DNA of 63,150 bases from an uncultured virus (IMG/VR IMGVR_UViG_3300010885_074529) (taxonomy: Duplodnaviria; Heunggongvirae; Uroviricota; Caudoviricetes): the IMG/VR virus record IMGVR_UViG_3300010885_074529; one strand, given 5' to 3'. Position 1 is the first letter of the stretch, and every line of letters starts with the position of its first letter. This document shows, piece by piece, positions 58,542 through 63,150 of this stretch. Below the pieces are notes generated by a model. The model saw only the letters and a list, made by a program, of their open reading frames with translations. It searched no databases and was not told the origin of the DNA. The position numbers and the translations under genes are program-made.

Positions 58542-59368
58542 TATTCTGAAAGATTGATTCTTTTTTCATAATTGGGTAATTCCCAATTATTAGAACTGAT
58601 ATTTTTATTTAAGATTATATCTTCTATTGACCATTCCATAAATATATTTTCATCATACCAAGATATTAAAATATTATTTGGTATTTGTATTCCTGTCATG
58701 CTGTCTACTTTGTATGACTTTAATTCTACGCTGGCCAACAAATGGTCTTCACAGTCGTATAAATACTTCCCAACAACTCTTGAACTATACTTATCTAGCA
58801 GCGTTAATATGCGTACTTGTTCGCAATTATTGCTTAATTTGTATTGTTTTATTCCTAAATAATCTCCGCACTTCACGAATTCGATTTCATTTTTGTTTAT
58901 AGTGCTAAATCCAAACGACTCAAGAATCCAATCTGGATTTAGCGGGGTCTTTAAATTTGTTTTGTTCAAGTCTTTGTGACTAGAAAAGTAAATAGCAGAC
59001 GGCCTCATTCTTTTTGACCAGAACCAGAATACATCTTCATTGGAACCTATGTCCATCTCTCTTCCGAACAAACCATGATTTATAAAAATTCTTAATTTCT
59101 TATTTCTTTCAAAAAAAAGAGATCCTTTAGCTCTAAAGGTAATTCCTTGCGTTAGCTTTATCTTTATATCGTTGTAGACAATAGATTCTATCATCTCGCT
59201 GTTAAGATTGACTTTATCAAGTATTTTTAAAAGCTTGATTTCCTCTTCTTTGGGAAGCTTGGTCACCGTATCAGACAGATACAGAGGAGCTTTGGAGAAT
59301 TTTAAAATATATGTACCAAATAATGCAAAAAAAAGAATAATTACTATTATTTTTAAATATTTTTCCAT
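58538..59368 (-). CDS. membrane-anchored LolA/LolB-like beta-fold protein
   Basis: TM helix; MDIGSNEDVFWFW; IP..I.I.W pattern. Confidence 0.5.
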   Translation of the reverse strand: MEKYLKIIVIILFFALFGTYILKFSKAPLYLSDTVTKLPKEEEIKLLKILDKVNLNSEMIESIVYNDIKIKLTQGITFRAKGSLFFERNKKLRIFINHGLFGREMDIGSNEDVFWFWSKRMRPSAIYFSSHKDLNKTNLKTPLNPDWILESFGFSTINKNEIEFVKCGDYLGIKQYKLSNNCEQVRILTLLDKYSSRVVGKYLYDCEDHLLASVELKSYKVDSMTGIQIPNNILISWYDENIFMEWSIEDIILNKNISSNNWELPNYEKRINLSEY

Positions 59369-59455
59369 ATATATTTTTGAATGTTAATAACAGGCTCTTA
59401 GAAATAAGAGTGACGTACATATATATATTTTAATACCACCGACCGGAGAAATAAA

Positions 59456-60487
59456 ATGCTATCATACAAACAATGGAAAAGTTTAAATGAGTCTATTCTT
59501 CCTAGTTACAATCTAGGAATAGCCAATCCACAAAACATTGGTCTTCAGCTACAAAATGGATTTGATCTTGAAGAAGCAAAACACGCCAAAAAGAAAAAAG
59601 TAGAAAAAGAAGATAGTGATGGCGAAATAGTTAAAGATAAAGAACCAGAAGTAGAGGTGGAAGTTAAAAAAGACAAAAAGAGCAAAAAAGACAAAAAGTG
59701 CGGCAAGAATTGTGGTAAGAGCTGTGGAAAAATGTGCGGCAAAATGTCAAAGAAAAAAATGTGGTCAGACGAAGATGACGCAGATGATGAAGACGAAGAT
59801 GAAGACGAAGAAGGTGAAGAAGGTGAAGAAGAAGATGAAGGCGACGAAGAGTTAGAAGATGAGGATGATGGTGATGAGGAAGAGGAAGGTGAAGAAGACG
59901 AAGAAGAAGACGAAGAAGAAGACGAAGATGAAGATGATGAAGAAAGTCCAAAGTTCAGCAAGAAAAAGTCTAAGAAAAAAATGAAAAAAGAAAAAATGAA
60001 GGCTGAACAGGCTTGGTGGAGCAGCGTAAACAGCATGTCTGGTCACGATCCAGACACAAAGTTCAATGACGGATGGACAGAATATCAGAGTGCAAATTTA
60101 TTCACCCCTATTGATCAAGATAGCCTCTCACAAGCTGTTAGACCTGAGCCCGGTGCCGGTGAAGTTGGATATGCTACTTCTGGCCGCATTGGTTCGCTAC
60201 CTGGTCAACAATTAGACGAAGCAAAATGGAACAGAGACTTTCATGATGATGGAATAGTACTAAATGATCCGGAAACAGGCCGTCCAAGAATTTTCCCAAC
60301 AATGAAAGGTGCAAACGCCGTTTCAGAAGTAGAGGGCGGAAAAGCAGTCAAGCATGGCGAGGGATACATTATCATAAAGTACGATGTACCTCAGATTAAA
60401 CCCGGACAAGGCGGCTATTCAAGTAAAGAGCTAAATGTAATAGGCCGTGCTGGAGAGCCTGTCGGACCAATAAAACAAAGACGATAA
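59456..60487 (+). CDS. CTS-leader protein with basic/acidic/basic blocks and CGK repeats
   Basis: GGAG RBS; MLSYKQWKSLNE; CGKNCGKSCGKMCGKM; about 60-aa D/E tract. Confidence 0.75.
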   Translation: MLSYKQWKSLNESILPSYNLGIANPQNIGLQLQNGFDLEEAKHAKKKKVEKEDSDGEIVKDKEPEVEVEVKKDKKSKKDKKCGKNCGKSCGKMCGKMSKKKMWSDEDDADDEDEDEDEEGEEGEEEDEGDEELEDEDDGDEEEEGEEDEEEDEEEDEDEDDEESPKFSKKKSKKKMKKEKMKAEQAWWSSVNSMSGHDPDTKFNDGWTEYQSANLFTPIDQDSLSQAVRPEPGAGEVGYATSGRIGSLPGQQLDEAKWNRDFHDDGIVLNDPETGRPRIFPTMKGANAVSEVEGGKAVKHGEGYIIIKYDVPQIKPGQGGYSSKELNVIGRAGEPVGPIKQRR

Positions 60488-60517
60488 TTCCCGATATCCC
60501 AAGCCACTAGAACTCGT

Positions 60518-60553
60518 AAGAACCCCGCCTAAACAGCGGGGTTCTTGGCTTTT
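60518..60553 (+). terminator. rho-independent terminator
   Basis: AAGAACCCCGC-loop-GCGGGGTTCTT then GGCTTTT. Confidence 0.7.
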
Positions 60554-60642
60554 ATTTATCATGCAGCAGCCTTTGCCTCTCTTGAGGACCCAGAAAAGAT
60601 GAATCTATATGGTTTCGAAAGAAAATTTCCGCACGAAAAATT

Positions 60643-60673
60643 AAAATCTACTACTTTTATAAAAAATCTACTA
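60643..60673 (+). promoter_or_regulatory. direct repeat AAAATCTACTA x2 with 20-bp period (operator candidate)
   Basis: Copies at 60643-60653 and 60663-60673, upstream of the HTH gene. Confidence 0.4.
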
Positions 60674-60704
60674 TATTATAATTAATCAATAGGAGGTAGT
60701 AAGT

Positions 60705-61769
60705 ATGGAAGAGAATATGTTAAGTATTAGTGAAGCAGCAAAATTGTTAGATGTTTGCGAAAATACACTAAGAGATTGGGATATAGAGGGTAAATTCTTA
60801 GCCTTTAGAACAACGGGTAATCATAGGCGTTATTCACTAGATCAGATAAGAGATTATCTTTCAAAGAATCCCCCCAAGCCAGAGTCTATAGGGGAGTATA
60901 GAGAAGGAAAACCAACAAATGGTTCGCTGGTAATAGTCGAAGAGTGCAAAGGATATGAATATTGGAAAGAATTTATTGAAGACATAAAAGATTATGATCA
61001 AAAAAAGATTCTTTCAATTCTTTTATCAAACACATATGCTTATCGAAATATTGAATCCATTTTTTCAACAAAACAAATGTTATGGCTCACAAAAGAATCA
61101 TGGTTAAGATCAAGATTTAAAAATATGGTGTCAGTTCAACCAATGACAGGTCCTGCGAGCTTAGTGTATTTTGCTAATACTATTGATAATACAGTGCATA
61201 TTTTAAGTGAAGGTATAGCTGCCAAAACATTAAAATTTAATTTTAATCTATTTGCCAAAGCAAATTTCGATCAAATGAAAGAAGTTTATGCGGATTCTAT
61301 GGCATCAGAAATTGATTATTACATCTTTAACAATCTGTTGAATAAAATGAGCTTTGAACCTTGGATGGATGCTTTAGCAGGACCAATGTCCGATGAAACG
61401 TTGGAAGAAATACTAAAGTCTTATGATTATATCATAGGACCCGAGGATTTAATAAATAAGATTAAAAATAAGTTATGCATAAGAGAAATTGGCGATAACA
61501 TTAAATATTATAGGTATATTGAAAATTTTAAAGCTCAGACTCTGGAACCTAAGTATATAGATCTATTTGTTATTCCTATTTGTTTGGATCCTGATTCTTT
61601 TACTGTTGTTGCTGCTGGTGGCAAATATCCAACTTCGAATTTAACTTTGCCAATATTTGCACCTTATGTATTATTTATGACTTCTCCGACCGTTGGTGGT
61701 TTTTCACTTTTTCTCTCTGTTTTATCAAGATTAGGAAGTTTTACTGAATCTGACATAAGAAGAAAATGA
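60705..61769 (+). CDS. MerR/Xis-type HTH fused to a degenerate gp23-like capsid domain
   Basis: SISEAAKLLDVCENTLRDWD..GK..AFRTTGNHRRYS, then VSVQPMTGPASLVY, SEGIAAKT, EID, FAPYV colinear with the major capsid; AGGAGG RBS. Confidence 0.8.
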   Translation: MEENMLSISEAAKLLDVCENTLRDWDIEGKFLAFRTTGNHRRYSLDQIRDYLSKNPPKPESIGEYREGKPTNGSLVIVEECKGYEYWKEFIEDIKDYDQKKILSILLSNTYAYRNIESIFSTKQMLWLTKESWLRSRFKNMVSVQPMTGPASLVYFANTIDNTVHILSEGIAAKTLKFNFNLFAKANFDQMKEVYADSMASEIDYYIFNNLLNKMSFEPWMDALAGPMSDETLEEILKSYDYIIGPEDLINKIKNKLCIREIGDNIKYYRYIENFKAQTLEPKYIDLFVIPICLDPDSFTVVAAGGKYPTSNLTLPIFAPYVLFMTSPTVGGFSLFLSVLSRLGSFTESDIRRK

Positions 61770-61787
61770 AGCCCCAGCTCAAACAAG

Positions 61788-62693
61788 CTATTCAAACAAT
61801 CTTTTTAGTTTTAATTTAATATCTTGAATACCATCCTCGACAGAATATCGGGGGTGGTATTTTAGTTTAGATTTTGATTTGTCTAAATTAAGAACCATAT
61901 CGTTCTGATATTTTTCTCCAAAAGGATAATCAATATATTCGGGCTGTATTCCTTTGCCAGTTTTTTTGTTAAGAATTACAATCAAAGAATTGAAACTAAT
62001 TGATTCTCCTGAACCTATGTTGAATGTGTCGGATTTTTGATAATTGCTAGCAAGTATATTTGCGTCTATTACATCTTTGACATAGACCCAATCTCTTTTT
62101 TGTTCTCCATCTTTAAAAATCCTTGGTTTTTCATTTTTAGAGAATTTGTAGATCAACTGGTGAATCATGCTTGCTTTATTGTTTTTATAACATTCATAGG
62201 TTCCATAAACATTTGAATATCTTAAATTTATACAATTCACCCTATTGGTTCTGGCGAAATTGGTCAAAAACTTCTCGAAATCGACCATGGATTTTCCGTA
62301 ATTGTTAGTTGGCTTTGTTTGAGAGTCTTCCGAGAAAGAGCCAGATTGGTTTCCATAAACAGAGAAACTAGAAGAATTAACAAATTGTCTACAATTTTTA
62401 TCTATCAATCTTTTGAATACCGACATAGGAGTATAATAATTCGTGTCCATCATATAGGACTCACTTTTTTCTGCTGGATCGGTGTTCGCAGCCAAATGGA
62501 AGCAAACGTCGATATTGGGAAGTTCGTCCCATGGAATATTCTTTAAATTACAGGTATAAAATTCATGACATTTAATTTTATTTTCATCTTTTCTTCCTGT
62601 TGCAATTACTTTATAACCATCTTCGTACAACTTGTCACAAAGATGGTATCCAATACACCCTGTCGCACCTGTGATTAAAACATTTTTTGCCAT
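61788..62693 (-). CDS. NAD-dependent sugar epimerase (ADP-glycero-manno-heptose 6-epimerase-like)
   Basis: TGATGCIG, HLAA, YGKS (catalytic Lys apparently Met), LRYSNVYG, KASMI.QL, GEQKRDWVYVKD. Confidence 0.85.
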   Translation of the reverse strand: MAKNVLITGATGCIGYHLCDKLYEDGYKVIATGRKDENKIKCHEFYTCNLKNIPWDELPNIDVCFHLAANTDPAEKSESYMMDTNYYTPMSVFKRLIDKNCRQFVNSSSFSVYGNQSGSFSEDSQTKPTNNYGKSMVDFEKFLTNFARTNRVNCINLRYSNVYGTYECYKNNKASMIHQLIYKFSKNEKPRIFKDGEQKRDWVYVKDVIDANILASNYQKSDTFNIGSGESISFNSLIVILNKKTGKGIQPEYIDYPFGEKYQNDMVLNLDKSKSKLKYHPRYSVEDGIQDIKLKLKRLFE

Positions 62694-62711
62694 GGGAGCC
62701 TCCTTTTCCTT

Positions 62712-62743
62712 ATTATAGTCGAAAAACATTATAGTCGAAAAAC
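62712..62743. repeat. 16-bp tandem duplication in a divergent promoter region
   Basis: attatagtcgaaaaac x2. Confidence 0.8.
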
Positions 62744-62750
62744 AAAAACT

Positions 62751-62909
62751 ATGAAACTGAGAAATTTTTGGTTGAATCGTTCGAATGAAAAAAATATCTT
62801 AAAAATTGTGGAATGGTCCCACAAAAATAATAGATCTCCTCTTCGTCTTGAATTGCACGAAATAATAGACGCCGCCAAGTCCTATATCAGAGATTCTTTA
62901 CACTCATGA
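62751..62909 (+). CDS. small hypothetical protein (52 aa)
   Basis: Manual: MKLRNFWLNRS...; TGA overlaps the next ATG. Confidence 0.45.
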   Translation: MKLRNFWLNRSNEKNILKIVEWSHKNNRSPLRLELHEIIDAAKSYIRDSLHS

Positions 62910-63150
62910 ACCACATAGATTATTTTGACGACTACGTGTTTAGAGGCTTAATGCCTATAGCTGTGTTTAAAGGCACCAAACAGCCCGTAGGATTAAAATG
63001 GAACGCCAATTGGAGTGTCAGGAGGTGGAGGCACTTCTTTATAGATGAAGACAACAAATACGACATAGGATTGTTGTGGAATCAAGGCACCATAGATGTA
63101 GAAACAGACAATGAGAATTCAAATATCTTTTTAAACAAATTGATTGGCAA
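62906..63150 (+). CDS. putative bifunctional primase-polymerase N-terminal domain (truncated at edge)
   Basis: Manual: GLMPIAVFKGTKQP...W...DIGLL...IDVETD. Confidence 0.55.
   Translation, partial: MNHIDYFDDYVFRGLMPIAVFKGTKQPVGLKWNANWSVRRWRHFFIDEDNKYDIGLLWNQGTIDVETDNENSNIFLNKLIG

Noticed and set aside
59545..60046. Ser-rich and His/Leu-rich minus-strand ORFs
   Set aside because: Antisense shadows of the acidic tract in 59456..60487.
60488..60704. tRNA or structured ncRNA in the longest intergenic gap
   Set aside because: No cloverleaf or T-loop motif recognised; only a terminator hairpin and short repeats. A covariance-model search was not run.
60705..61769. IS607 transposase/resolvase suggested by the N-terminal HTH
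   Set aside because: No serine-recombinase catalytic domain or TnpB follows; the C-terminus matches the capsid protein instead.
1..63150. Stop-codon reassignment, as in some large phages
   Set aside because: Conserved genes are full length in code 11, and TAA, TAG and TGA all serve as stops.

Overview
This is a 63 kb, AT-rich, densely coding segment of a large T4-like (myovirus or huge-phage type) dsDNA phage genome read in the standard bacterial code. It carries the head module: gp23 major capsid, gp22-like scaffold, gp21 prohead protease, a core protein and a gp20 portal interrupted by two inteins. Elsewhere lie the gp17 terminase, a gp13-like neck protein, DnaG-like primase, Dam-like methylase, a PD-(D/E)XK exonuclease and RNA ligase 1. 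Accessory genes include five peptidases, a putative alginate lyase, glycan enzymes, a ferritin-like protein and adhesin-like proteins. Two signals stand out. (1) About 20 otherwise unrelated ORFs share an N-terminal M-x-(x)-F-x-x-(W/F/Y)...(L/I)-x-E leader resembling the T4 internal-protein capsid targeting sequence. This suggests a large packaged and injected cargo set with ART-like, ParB-like, Nudix and PGDYG domains, often behind a TATATA box. (2) A second, degenerate capsid-fold gene is fused to a MerR/Xis-type HTH, with 20-bp-phased direct repeats upstream. All assignments come from motif reading by eye; no database searches were run.
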